From assembly GCA_043818055.1 (NCBI GenBank), contig JBDRGF010000014.1, positions 1 through 57,796 of the forward strand: a stretch of 57,796 bases of DNA. The letters run 5' to 3'. The position numbers were made by a program, and so were the translations under genes. Below the pieces are notes generated by a model. That model had not been told where the DNA came from, ran no database searches, and worked only from the letters and a program-made list of their open reading frames with translations. Positions 1 to 8,993 of the stretch are shown piece after piece (position 1 is the first letter of the stretch; each line of letters opens with the position of its first letter). The DNA comes from Pseudomonadota bacterium (GTDB lineage Bacteria; UBA10199; 2-02-FULL-44-16; JBDRGF01).

Positions 1-231
1 CACCACAATCCGACACTTTAAAAAAAGATGAAGGGTTTTCGTTATTTGGAGGCTGATTTTTTTTGAAAAAAACTGTAATTTTAGCCCCAAAATTATTTTT
101 TATCTTTTTTCTGCTCATATCAGCCCTATCACATGTAAAAAACGGCTGATATCATATCCTCAGATAACACCTGCCCATCAAGTGTTTCCACCTCCCTTCT
201 TAAGCTCTGTTTTTCGTTTCTCTGTTTTTTC

Positions 232-508
232 CTATGGCACAGCCAATGCGAATATCTTCTCCCGTGCTTCCTTATATATATTGAAAGATGGATGACCACG
301 GCTTAACTTCAATATGATGCTTCTGGCCGTCTTCACTACCTTTCCCGCTATACACAAAAGCCTAAACCTCAATCGCTTCATATGGCAGTTTCTTAACTCT
401 TCCGGTAACACATGCAATTGCAATCCCCTCACTAAGTTCCAAGCCAAACATTGGATTCGCCACCAGGCTGCGTTTGCTCCAAATTCAGCGCAGGGTAAAA
501 CACCTCCC
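232..508 (-). pseudogene. IS1380-family transposase, C-terminal remnant
   Basis: C-terminal part of ORF 232..657 (LPCAEFGANAAWWRIQCLAWNL...KRLRFRLLCIAGKVVKTARSIILKL) matches the IS1380 transposase C-terminus; everything upstream of 509 is unrelated repeat DNA. A possible terminal IR lies at 3-16 (ccacaatccgacac). Confidence 0.75.
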
Positions 509-869
509 AATTTAGAGACAGTTGCTGATATTTGGCTTCGCCATAGTTGCTTTAATCGCCTTCCCGTCTCTTGGCCGACCAGTTCAGAAGTGGACTTATC
601 TATCCTTTCTGGAGCCTGTCCTGAGCATAGTCGAAGGAGCCCGATAACTCGTCTCATGCCTTACGGCGTGATTCCTCACGGGGTCACGCTGCCCTCCCAG
701 AATTATCCGCAGACAACTCTGGGCCCCGTGCCGTCAAGCATCGCTTTTGACTTCAGTCAACCCTCAAGCCCGGGCTTCGGATGGCGAACTTCGGAATCGT
801 CCTACCACCGGGGATTATTTGCCTTTTGCCTTCTTTCTCCTTTTCCGTTAAAAGAAATGTGCCTCGCAC
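509..869 (-). ncRNA. Group II intron 5' fragment (domain I part), truncated and fused to the IS1380 remnant
   Basis: Starts GTGCG on the minus strand at 869; same sequence as the 5' half of the element at 7163-7793. Confidence 0.6.
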
Positions 870-871
870 AC

Positions 872-900
872 GCAACATTTGTTTGTTTTCCACCGATAAT
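872..900 (+). promoter_or_regulatory. Sigma-28 (FliA)-like promoter of cassette 1 small gene
   Basis: GCAAC-N15-ACCGATAAT; -10 resembles GCCGATAA; same motif and spacing before all three paralogs. Confidence 0.65.
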
Positions 901-918
901 GATAATGAAGGGAGGGGA

Positions 919-1941
919 ATGTCTATTATGCCATGTGAGGCTTCAAAAAAAATGATCTGTCAGCCTCGAGCTAGAAATTATGCTGCGATTTGTGTCAAGG
1001 ACTCTCTCTCTAAGAATAGGTACATAATAGGTCAAAATTCTTCAGCATGTAATGCTGGTGTACATTCGATTTTCTCTCGTCTTCAATCGATAATAAAAAA
1101 ACAAAGAGGTAAAATAGGAAATCTTTTACTTGCTCACAGCTTTATAAAATGTGGGAATTTCTCAAAATGTGAGCATTATTTTGTGTTAAATCGAACTCAA
1201 CAGCAGCGTGTCTTAAGAAAAAGTGCCAGTCCAAAAAAGCTCTCCTTATTGGGAAAGATCATAAAGTTGCTTTCGAGAAAAAAAACTAGAAAGAAAATCT
1301 CTTCATTTAAAACTATTTATAAGAAGCTATACTGGCTGACATTTAATGGTGCGATGAATCGCGTTCGTCTATATAAAGGTAGCTGGAAGAAGTTTATTGA
1401 ATATAGTTCAGCGTGTCGTTTGTCAATCAGACATAAGGTTAGCACAACATATAAGAACGGAAGAAGGTTTGTTAAGAGAAGAATTATAATGCGGTTGGGA
1501 TGTCTTTCTTTTAATGATTTTATTACGGATCCTAGTTATAGAAAGTTGCAGACAGAGCCATACTGTAAGCCGCTTTTCAATTCCAAGAATGTATCATTTG
1601 AGAAATATTGTGAGGCAAATAAGATTAGCCCATTTCGTTTTTCCGGGTGTGATAAGAGAATTCTTAAAATTTTTAGAAAGTTTGAGAAGAGGGCTAAATT
1701 AGGGCAAATTCTTTATCATAAAACTCAAAATTCTGTTATTTTGCGCAGCTGTTCTCATCAATTTGAAGTCGTGGTAGGTGGATCCAAGTACTTCGTGACC
1801 TTTAATGATAGAATGAATGAAATTACGATATCCAACAATAGGGGGAGCTCTCAACCCTCTATCAAATACATATCTTCATCAATTCCTGGCGCTTCTTCTG
1901 CGAGTTTTTCTAGACTGATTCGTCATCCATCTATGAGGTAA
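919..1941 (+). CDS. Basic (Lys/Arg-rich) hypothetical protein, cassette gene A copy 1
   Basis: ORF 781..1941; start moved to ATG 919 (or 928) behind the promoter and purine-rich RBS; shares PYCxP..YC..GC and SCSxxF..FNDxMN motifs with 7871 and 13792. Confidence 0.8.
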   Translation: MSIMPCEASKKMICQPRARNYAAICVKDSLSKNRYIIGQNSSACNAGVHSIFSRLQSIIKKQRGKIGNLLLAHSFIKCGNFSKCEHYFVLNRTQQQRVLRKSASPKKLSLLGKIIKLLSRKKTRKKISSFKTIYKKLYWLTFNGAMNRVRLYKGSWKKFIEYSSACRLSIRHKVSTTYKNGRRFVKRRIIMRLGCLSFNDFITDPSYRKLQTEPYCKPLFNSKNVSFEKYCEANKISPFRFSGCDKRILKIFRKFEKRAKLGQILYHKTQNSVILRSCSHQFEVVVGGSKYFVTFNDRMNEITISNNRGSSQPSIKYISSSIPGASSASFSRLIRHPSMR

Positions 1942-2076
1942 TATCAAGTGTCAAAATAATGTTTCTAACTATGTTTTTTTGACGTTCCATGGCACGAGAC
2001 ATCAACAATAGTTTTTTAAAGATCCCGTAACGCTCATTAACGCCCATTTTAAAATATCAAGCAGACTAAATTGATG

Positions 2077-2092
2077 TGGCATGATATATGCT
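2077..2092 (+). promoter_or_regulatory. Sigma-54 -24/-12 promoter
   Basis: TGGCATGATATATGCT, canonical GG-N10-GC spacing. Confidence 0.8.
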
Positions 2093-2130
2093 GAAATCTA
2101 TAGTCGGTGAAATCCAAATGGGGGTATTCT

Positions 2131-5100
2131 ATGAATATATTAAAAAGTTCAAAAATGAGTTTAATCACGCTTATTCTCACTTTAATTCTTATTCTACCAA
2201 TAAAAGCTATGGCTTTCGATTGGGGCGATTTATGGCCCTTTGCTGAAGAGAGTGGATCAGGCGAGGTAATCGATGCTAGGGAGCAGCTTATAGAGGCAGG
2301 TATCATTCAGGATGAGGAGGGTGGCGAAATCTTGGATTTAATGGGTGAAGATGGATTGAGGTTGTTTGGAAATTATCAGGAGATGGATTTTGGTGAGCCT
2401 GAAGAGCCTAAAAGCTATGATCAGCAGATTGAAGATCTTAAGGCGGATTTTCAATTTCAATTTTTAGACACCCTGTACATAGAATTGTCGCAGGATAATC
2501 CACGAGTGGAGCTGGATGCCGGTGAAGAATTTAGGATTACTGCAGAGGTTGAAAATATAGATTTGGTAGGCGCTTTTGAACCAATCTCTATAGCTATCAG
2601 TGAGTATCATTCAAATGTCGAGGGTATGGAGGTGGTCGGTGGTGGATTTCGTTTTGAAATATTTGCGGATGAGGAGAGCCCTAGTATCAAGATCACAGTT
2701 AGTAGCCCAGAGATTATGGAATATATAATGGGATCGGATGTTTTGGAGGGATACGGTTATTTTTATTATGCACCATCCAAAGCCTTTACTGGAATATTTG
2801 ATAAGTTGGGTTTAATTCAGATTGCTCATGCACAGGAGACAATGGAAGGGGAATTTGGAGAACCGTCAGGTGGAATTCCAGGGGAGATGCCAAGCGAAAC
2901 TGGTCCTATTGGAGGCGGAGTTGTCGAACAACCAACAGTTGAAGGTGAAATTGGACAGGATAATGGATTGCAAATTTGGGGGGATGAGCCGGGTGAGACG
3001 CCTCAGGAATGGGAGCCACCAATAAATAATGGTGGAATACAGATTGTCGACGAAGCCTTTGGCATAGGTATGGGAAAAAATACCCGTTCAAAAGCAAAAC
3101 GGTATTTTATCAATGTTCCGAGCACTCTTTCGCCGGAGGGGATTGTTTGGAAAGTGGATCCAAAGGATTTGATGGGAGGTTTTGAAGGTGGAAAAGTTCC
3201 TCAAGGTAAGCCGGTCGCCTCTGTCAATATGCGTGTGGTAAAGGATAAGCCGACCGCAACACCTCCTAAAAAGGTTCCGACAGAGGGCGAGGTATTCGAT
3301 TTCAATTGTGAATATATCTTTAGTGATGGTTTTCGAAGTAATTCATCAAAGCGTCCGCCTGAACCTTGGGTGCAGAACATGCCTGTTTTACATTCCTTTG
3401 ACAAACATCCTCTCTATCGGGTGTGTGGTGTTCAGTTTGTCGCAAGTGAGATTAGCAAGCAGATAGGGGGAAGTGGTGTTATGTCTTTGCAGAAAAGCTT
3501 TATGGAAACATTTGCCAGTATTATTTCGGAAGACTTTTTATACATGTTTGGTGATGCCGATTCACTACCTGGAGCTATTAAACAATCGGATACCTTCAAT
3601 TTTCAAATCTATCCAGTTGGGGAGTGGAACAAATCCATTTCTGTGGGGTTTAGAACGTCAGGTACGACTTCGAGTTATTCATCACAGATCACTACTTCTG
3701 GTGTAAGAAAGGTAAAGATTGAGTACAATGTGTCAGATCTTGTGGAATATTTTAGAAATTTAAAGACCAAACAGAATGGAGTGACTGGCAAGGATATGAT
3801 GATGGCAGTAATCGCTCCCGAAGTGCTTCGCAGTTTTACTGAGAAGTATATCTTCGATAATGCAAAGGCAGAAAAGGTAAAGGAGTGGGTAACAAAGAAT
3901 CAGCAGAGCAATCAGATGCTTTCAGATTTTGCTAGAGAACAGGCTGCTGACAATTCAAGTTTGGAACTATCTCCACCGGCTCCCTACTTTGAAGGCGTGA
4001 GTAGTGCATTGAGTGGTATTCAGCTTTTTACAACGAGTAAAGCTGTAAAGGCTATAAAACGGGGATCGCAGATATCACTCAAAAATGCTGATATTCCGAT
4101 TGGCGGAGATTCTTTTAGCGATTTTTTTCCCGGAGTAAGTGACTACTACTCCTTTATTCGAAATTCTCTTAAAAGTGGGAATCTCGATTTTTACGATGCT
4201 ATTGTGACAGATCAACTTGGATATACAAAGAATACACCCGATGAGCTCGGAAAATATAAGTTGGCGAAAGCCAGGGATTTTATGCGCTACATCAATAATC
4301 GGTTGTTGTGTAGAACATATACATCGAATGCGGTCAATTTTATGGGGAGTCAGACGGCAAATAGTTCCCTTGATGTTATCCTGATGGACCCACTTTGGAG
4401 CGGTCCTTTTGATGGAGTAGATAAGACAAAGGATGTCGAAGGGCTTATTGTTCAGGAATATGGCGTTGCTGATTCTGCTAATCTCTTCTATGGCGGTTGG
4501 ATGACTTGTGCTCCTATGGGACCTGGGCAACAGGTTCAAGGGACAAGTGGCTCCCTATACATGCTAGATTCTTTCAAGGATCAGTTTAGTGATTTTGCAA
4601 ATCAAAAAAGTTTCTCCTTTAAGAGCAGTATGCGCTTTGAATTTCCGGGCTCCTATGATGCTAATGGTAAACTTCTGATTAAAGATGATGATTCGCCGGT
4701 CAATATCTTTTTAGAGCTTCCGGCAACGGTTCAATATAATATCTTTCAAGTAAAGAAGGAGCAGGTTGAATATTTTAATCCAATTGCGAATGTTATGATG
4801 TTGCCCTATTCCGCATTTCTTAGGGAGGTTGAATTTAAATATGCTGTTTCTGAGGAGGGGAGAAAGGCGAACGATCGTGTGATAAGCTTTTATTTTTACG
4901 CTCCCGATCAAAAATATGTAGATCAATATTTTCCGTATATATTTGTCTCCGTCTACGTAAAATATCTTGATGGGAAATTTATGCTTCGTCAGTACGCTTT
5001 AGATCATCTGCCAACTGTCGAGACTCCCGTTGATATTGTATTGGCAAATAGTAAAGGTGAAATTAATATGAGTAGTAAACAGACACTTATTGCAAAGGAA

Positions 5101-7074
5101 TTAAAGATAGGTGTTGGTGATATCTCTACGGGCCAGACTGGGGATTTCGGAATTCCTCAGAATGAAATGCTGATTAAAACAGCCTCCGCTGGAATTCCTA
5201 TGAGTATTAAGGTTGCAGTTGTCAATGCTAATGAAACCGGCACCTTTCCTAATTATCTTCCTAATATTCCGATCTCGTGTGATCGCTTTAATGATAAGTG
5301 CGATGAGTGGGGCCTTAAGTGTAATTATATGACTAATCGTTGTGAGGGAAATGAAAAAATAAACTTGCCGGTATATGTAAGTGCAAAGATACGCAAAGTT
5401 GATAAATGTCCTACAGGAAAGAAGATGACAAGATCAGGTGAGTGTGGATGCGATAAGGGTGATGCTATCTGGGGCTCGGAATGTCCCGATGGATATATTA
5501 CTGAAGTGGTCGATGGTAAATGTAAGTGTGTAACTAAATGTGGTGCAACTGAAAAATGGGATCCCGAAGCAAAATCGTGTAAATCCTGTGGCAATAATTC
5601 TTACAATAGACATTACGATTCTAAAAATCCAGCTTCTATTATTACCGAATGTCAAAAGTGTCCAAATAATACAGAGCCGGTGTGGGAGCTTGGTGCGGGC
5701 GGAAGAAGCTGTGCTCCTACAGTTGAATATGCTTTGGGATGCAGCGCGGTTTGTGGCTGTAATAACAAGGCATTTAAGATGGTTGGTTTCGATGAAAGTA
5801 GCTTTTGCAGGGCGGATTGTGATCCTGGTTCGATATTTGATTCCACAAAATCTTCACCCGCGAAGCAGTGTAAAGAATGTGATTTTTTTCAAAAATCTAA
5901 TAAGGAGCGGACTAAATGCGAAGCGTGTAATCCAGGTGTTACAGAGGCACAGATTGCATCGAATTATAGTAAATATAAATTCTTTTTCATAGAATCTGAT
6001 CCGGAAAAGAGTGAATGTTTTTATCCAAAGGATAAATGTGATTCCTCAAATCAATACTACGACGTGAACTTAAAAAAATGTATGGCATGTCCACAAAATT
6101 CATCGAGTGATTTTTCAAAGGATCCGACGATTTGTGAATGTTTGAAGAAATATGCTGTAACGCCAATTGAGAATGTGGCTCATGACGAGATCTGCTCATA
6201 TAATTGCAGTTATGCACAAAGGGTCAGCACTGATAAAAAGAGGTGTGAAGATTGTCCGGAGGGAGAGATGCGCAATCCGCTGGATCAAAATAAGTGTAGA
6301 ACGTGTCCTATTGGGGCGCTAGATGATAAGACGCACGGTTGTCAGTGTCCAGCAGGTTCAAAGGTTGTAGACATGAATAAGTGGATGTGTGAGTGCCCAC
6401 TGGGCTCTACCTACTCTGAGAATGGATGTATGTGTTTAAATGGCAAACGTTGGATTTATGAGAAAAACACCTGGGGTATGGTTTGCAGATGTGCAGATGA
6501 TGAACGGATAGTTAATGGTGTATGCAATTGTCCATCTTCCGTCGCTACAGTGAATTCAACAGTTGCCAAGAAGTTTGCTTGTAAGCAGGATGGAACCATC
6601 TGTGATTTATTTTCAAAATCTTCCTGTACCTGTAACCCCGGTTACACCTTTACCGCTGATAAGGCGGCATGTGTAAAATCCAGCTGTCAAAAGGGACAGA
6701 TCATGCTGAATGGCAAGTGCTACTGGGATAGCGCCTATCAGGGATGTAAAAAGATAACATCTACTCAGGATTATAAAACGTCTTCAGTATTAAGTCAGTC
6801 AGCTAATTGTAGTCAGAGCAAGGCTTGGAACGGTGCATGTATGGGAGGGTCATCCGGCCCTGCAGGTCCACATACTCTGTGGTATTGTCCGGGTGAATAT
6901 CCATATGGTGGAAATTACTGTGGTGGTAGCAGTTACTGCTGTTTTAGACATTCTGATAACAATCTTACGACTAATGTAACTGGTGTGACATACTCTCCTG
7001 TCTCTGGTAGCAATTATTGTTGTCCAGCAGGAATGAAAGATACCATAGTCGGTACATTCGTTGTATGTCAGTAA
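2131..7074 (+). CDS. Giant secreted Cys-rich protein, cassette gene B copy 1 (degenerate metallopeptidase motif)
   Basis: ORF 2107..7074; ATG 2131 follows a GGGGG RBS; signal peptide ending IKAMA-FDWGDLW; acidic N-region; CxxC/CxC-rich C-terminal third. Confidence 0.9.
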   Translation: MNILKSSKMSLITLILTLILILPIKAMAFDWGDLWPFAEESGSGEVIDAREQLIEAGIIQDEEGGEILDLMGEDGLRLFGNYQEMDFGEPEEPKSYDQQIEDLKADFQFQFLDTLYIELSQDNPRVELDAGEEFRITAEVENIDLVGAFEPISIAISEYHSNVEGMEVVGGGFRFEIFADEESPSIKITVSSPEIMEYIMGSDVLEGYGYFYYAPSKAFTGIFDKLGLIQIAHAQETMEGEFGEPSGGIPGEMPSETGPIGGGVVEQPTVEGEIGQDNGLQIWGDEPGETPQEWEPPINNGGIQIVDEAFGIGMGKNTRSKAKRYFINVPSTLSPEGIVWKVDPKDLMGGFEGGKVPQGKPVASVNMRVVKDKPTATPPKKVPTEGEVFDFNCEYIFSDGFRSNSSKRPPEPWVQNMPVLHSFDKHPLYRVCGVQFVASEISKQIGGSGVMSLQKSFMETFASIISEDFLYMFGDADSLPGAIKQSDTFNFQIYPVGEWNKSISVGFRTSGTTSSYSSQITTSGVRKVKIEYNVSDLVEYFRNLKTKQNGVTGKDMMMAVIAPEVLRSFTEKYIFDNAKAEKVKEWVTKNQQSNQMLSDFAREQAADNSSLELSPPAPYFEGVSSALSGIQLFTTSKAVKAIKRGSQISLKNADIPIGGDSFSDFFPGVSDYYSFIRNSLKSGNLDFYDAIVTDQLGYTKNTPDELGKYKLAKARDFMRYINNRLLCRTYTSNAVNFMGSQTANSSLDVILMDPLWSGPFDGVDKTKDVEGLIVQEYGVADSANLFYGGWMTCAPMGPGQQVQGTSGSLYMLDSFKDQFSDFANQKSFSFKSSMRFEFPGSYDANGKLLIKDDDSPVNIFLELPATVQYNIFQVKKEQVEYFNPIANVMMLPYSAFLREVEFKYAVSEEGRKANDRVISFYFYAPDQKYVDQYFPYIFVSVYVKYLDGKFMLRQYALDHLPTVETPVDIVLANSKGEINMSSKQTLIAKELKIGVGDISTGQTGDFGIPQNEMLIKTASAGIPMSIKVAVVNANETGTFPNYLPNIPISCDRFNDKCDEWGLKCNYMTNRCEGNEKINLPVYVSAKIRKVDKCPTGKKMTRSGECGCDKGDAIWGSECPDGYITEVVDGKCKCVTKCGATEKWDPEAKSCKSCGNNSYNRHYDSKNPASIITECQKCPNNTEPVWELGAGGRSCAPTVEYALGCSAVCGCNNKAFKMVGFDESSFCRADCDPGSIFDSTKSSPAKQCKECDFFQKSNKERTKCEACNPGVTEAQIASNYSKYKFFFIESDPEKSECFYPKDKCDSSNQYYDVNLKKCMACPQNSSSDFSKDPTICECLKKYAVTPIENVAHDEICSYNCSYAQRVSTDKKRCEDCPEGEMRNPLDQNKCRTCPIGALDDKTHGCQCPAGSKVVDMNKWMCECPLGSTYSENGCMCLNGKRWIYEKNTWGMVCRCADDERIVNGVCNCPSSVATVNSTVAKKFACKQDGTICDLFSKSSCTCNPGYTFTADKAACVKSSCQKGQIMLNGKCYWDSAYQGCKKITSTQDYKTSSVLSQSANCSQSKAWNGACMGGSSGPAGPHTLWYCPGEYPYGGNYCGGSSYCCFRHSDNNLTTNVTGVTYSPVSGSNYCCPAGMKDTIVGTFVVCQ

Positions 7075-7090
7075 GCTTGTATCATAAATT

Positions 7091-7120
7091 CCCAACTCCG
7101 ACTTGCGCGGTCGGAATTGG
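7091..7120. terminator. Hairpin after gene B copy 1
   Basis: ccaactccgac-ttgcgcg-gtcggaattgg; homologous hairpin at 13642-13672. Confidence 0.6.
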
Positions 7121-7162
7121 ATCCTAAAAGGTCTGTAAAAACAGATTGTTAGTATTTTTTTA

Positions 7163-7793
7163 ATCGGGATGGGAGCAAGGAGCATCAGTGATGACACCCC
7201 TTGCAGCCCCCGTTGCTCGTAGCGTGCGGTCAGTGCTACAAGTAGTCGTTGTCCCCCGTACTTATATTGGGGCACCCATGGGCTCATGGATGACTTCCTC
7301 CTCGGAGCTGTCGTCTGCAATTTCTTCGTTTTACGCCCTGGTCTATCCCTTTAGGGTCTCTCAGGTTGCAATGCGCTTAACTCAAGGGTTAATTTCTCTC
7401 CCCTTGTTATCGTGCCATCTGCACGCACCATGAATTTAGAGACAGTTGCTGATATTTGGCTTCGCCATAGTTGCTTTAGTCGCCTTCCCGTCTCTTGGCC
7501 GACCAGTTTTCAGAAGTGGATTTATCTATCCTTTCTGGAGCCTGTCCTGAGCGTAGTCGAAGGAGCCCGATAACTCGTCTCATGCCTTACGGCGTGTTCC
7601 CTCACGAGATCACCCTGCCCTCCCAGAATTATCCGCAGATAGCCCTGGGGCCACGTGCCGTCAAGCATCGCTTTTGACTTCAATCAACCCTCAAGCCCGG
7701 GCTTCGGATGGTGAATTTCGGAATTCTCCAACCACCGGGGATTCTTGCCCTTTTCCCTCCTTTCTCCTATGTTAAAAGAAATGTGCCTCGCAC
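7163..7793 (-). ncRNA. Putative ORF-less group II intron (~630 nt) with degenerate domain V
   Basis: Minus strand: 5' GTGCG; CAACCTGAGAGACCC (domain I end-like); AGGAAGTC..GAGCCCATGGGTGCC (domain III-like); CTTGTAGC..CCGC-AC-GCTACGAG (domain V-like stem with AC bulge); domain VI-like stem ending CTCCCATCCCGAT. Confidence 0.65.
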
Positions 7794-7837
7794 ACGCAAC
7801 ATTTATTTGTTTTCCACCGATAATGATAATGAAGGGA
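7433..7837. repeat. 405-bp direct repeat, copy 2
   Basis: Matches 509-913. Confidence 0.95.
7796..7824 (+). promoter_or_regulatory. Sigma-28-like promoter of cassette 2 small gene
   Basis: GCAAC-N15-ACCGATAAT. Confidence 0.65.
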
Positions 7838-7870
7838 TAAATAGAGTTATATCTATTATATAGTGAGAAT

Positions 7871-8788
7871 ATGAGTCGATTACAAAATAAATCAGCTAGT
7901 TCAATTAATCGTTCAATCGATGTTTCGAGTATCTTTGCTCGCTTGAAAAGCGTCTCAAAGAATGGAGCAAAAAGTGGAAAAATTCTCTCCTATCGTTACG
8001 TTTCTAACTCTAAACAACATATCTTTACCATCCAGCAGAAAAGAGGATTTCTATCTAAGTTAAAATTTTGGGGATCACGCTCGCCTAAGATTGGCGATCG
8101 TATCGAGATCGATCATTCACTAAGAAGTTTACACTATTATATTTCGGGGAAGAAGATGATTTATAGATATGGTGATATTTGCCAAGCTGCCGGCTTAAGT
8201 GGAGTTCATCGAATTCGTAGAAATGAACGTGGATTTTATTTTAAGAGAAATCTAATTAGGACTAGAACTGATAAAGACGGCACTGTGAGATTGTGTGCCA
8301 CGTCGAACGGGATTGTTTCCTTGTTAAATTCTCGTTTGCCTTCGAAAATCAAACCGTACTGTCGACCCATTACACGTCGATACGGATCATATCAGAATTA
8401 CTGCAGTAAAAATAGGATCGGTTTCATAACAAAAAATGGATGTCATCCGAGTGTACTTGCTTTTTATACACTTTTAAAGGATGCCTCTAAGAAAAGCTCC
8501 TCAGTTAAGATCAGCAAACAACAAAAGCATCTATACAATTGGAGCTGTTCATATATTTTTAAAGTGAAGGTGAGTAGAGCTGGTTGTGGTGGAGTTAAAA
8601 CATATTTTGTCGAATTGAATGATGAGATGAACAGGGCAGTTATTTATACAAAGAATACTAAAGGTAAGAAAATGCTCATTAGCTATGGTAAAGGAGATCA
8701 TTCAAATAGCGTAAGGCAGGTATCAACCGACTATCTCAAGAGAACCTCTCTATATCAACATCTCCAAAAAGTTGTATCCTCTCAATAA
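7871..8788 (+). CDS. Basic hypothetical protein, cassette gene A copy 2
   Basis: 305 aa ORF; PYCRPI..YC..NGC and SCSYIF..YFVELNDEMN motifs shared with paralogs. Confidence 0.85.
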   Translation: MSRLQNKSASSINRSIDVSSIFARLKSVSKNGAKSGKILSYRYVSNSKQHIFTIQQKRGFLSKLKFWGSRSPKIGDRIEIDHSLRSLHYYISGKKMIYRYGDICQAAGLSGVHRIRRNERGFYFKRNLIRTRTDKDGTVRLCATSNGIVSLLNSRLPSKIKPYCRPITRRYGSYQNYCSKNRIGFITKNGCHPSVLAFYTLLKDASKKSSSVKISKQQKHLYNWSCSYIFKVKVSRAGCGGVKTYFVELNDEMNRAVIYTKNTKGKKMLISYGKGDHSNSVRQVSTDYLKRTSLYQHLQKVVSSQ

Positions 8789-8913
8789 TGTAGGCATTTT
8801 TTTGACACCTTTAGCAAATCTATCCCCTTGAAATTGTTGAGTTTCAATTTTTAACGTCAGCATCTTGGCGAAATTTCTAGTTATATTATCTTAATTTTTG
8901 AAGTCTCATTTTC

Positions 8914-8926
8914 TAACCTATTGATT
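8914..8926 (-). promoter_or_regulatory. IHF binding site
   Basis: Reverse complement AATCAATAGGTTA = WATCAANNNNTTR, just upstream of a sigma-54 promoter. Confidence 0.55.
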
Positions 8927-8944
8927 TTTATACATCTCATAGAT

Positions 8945-8960
8945 TGGCATAGTTTATGCC
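8945..8960 (+). promoter_or_regulatory. Sigma-54 -24/-12 promoter
   Basis: TGGCATAGTTTATGCC. Confidence 0.8.
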
Positions 8961-8993
8961 CTAAGATCAGTTGGTAACCGATAGGGGGTGGCG

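Larger units (their letters stand above)
509..913. repeat. 405-bp direct repeat, copy 1 (copy 2 at 7433-7837)
   Basis: Near-identical from aatttagagacagttgctg to gataatgaaggga by direct comparison. Confidence 0.95.

Noticed and set aside
781..918. N-terminal extension of gene A copy 1
   Set aside because: Lies in the intron/promoter repeat, upstream of the promoter and RBS
314..955. 213-aa plus-strand ORF, and the similar ORFs 7188..7433 and 7495..7677
   Set aside because: Antisense to the IS remnant and intron-like RNA; the frame is not preserved between the repeat copies
509..7837. Diversity-generating retroelement TR/VR pair
   Set aside because: Differences are not adenine-specific, neither copy is in a gene 3' end, and there is no reverse transcriptase in the window
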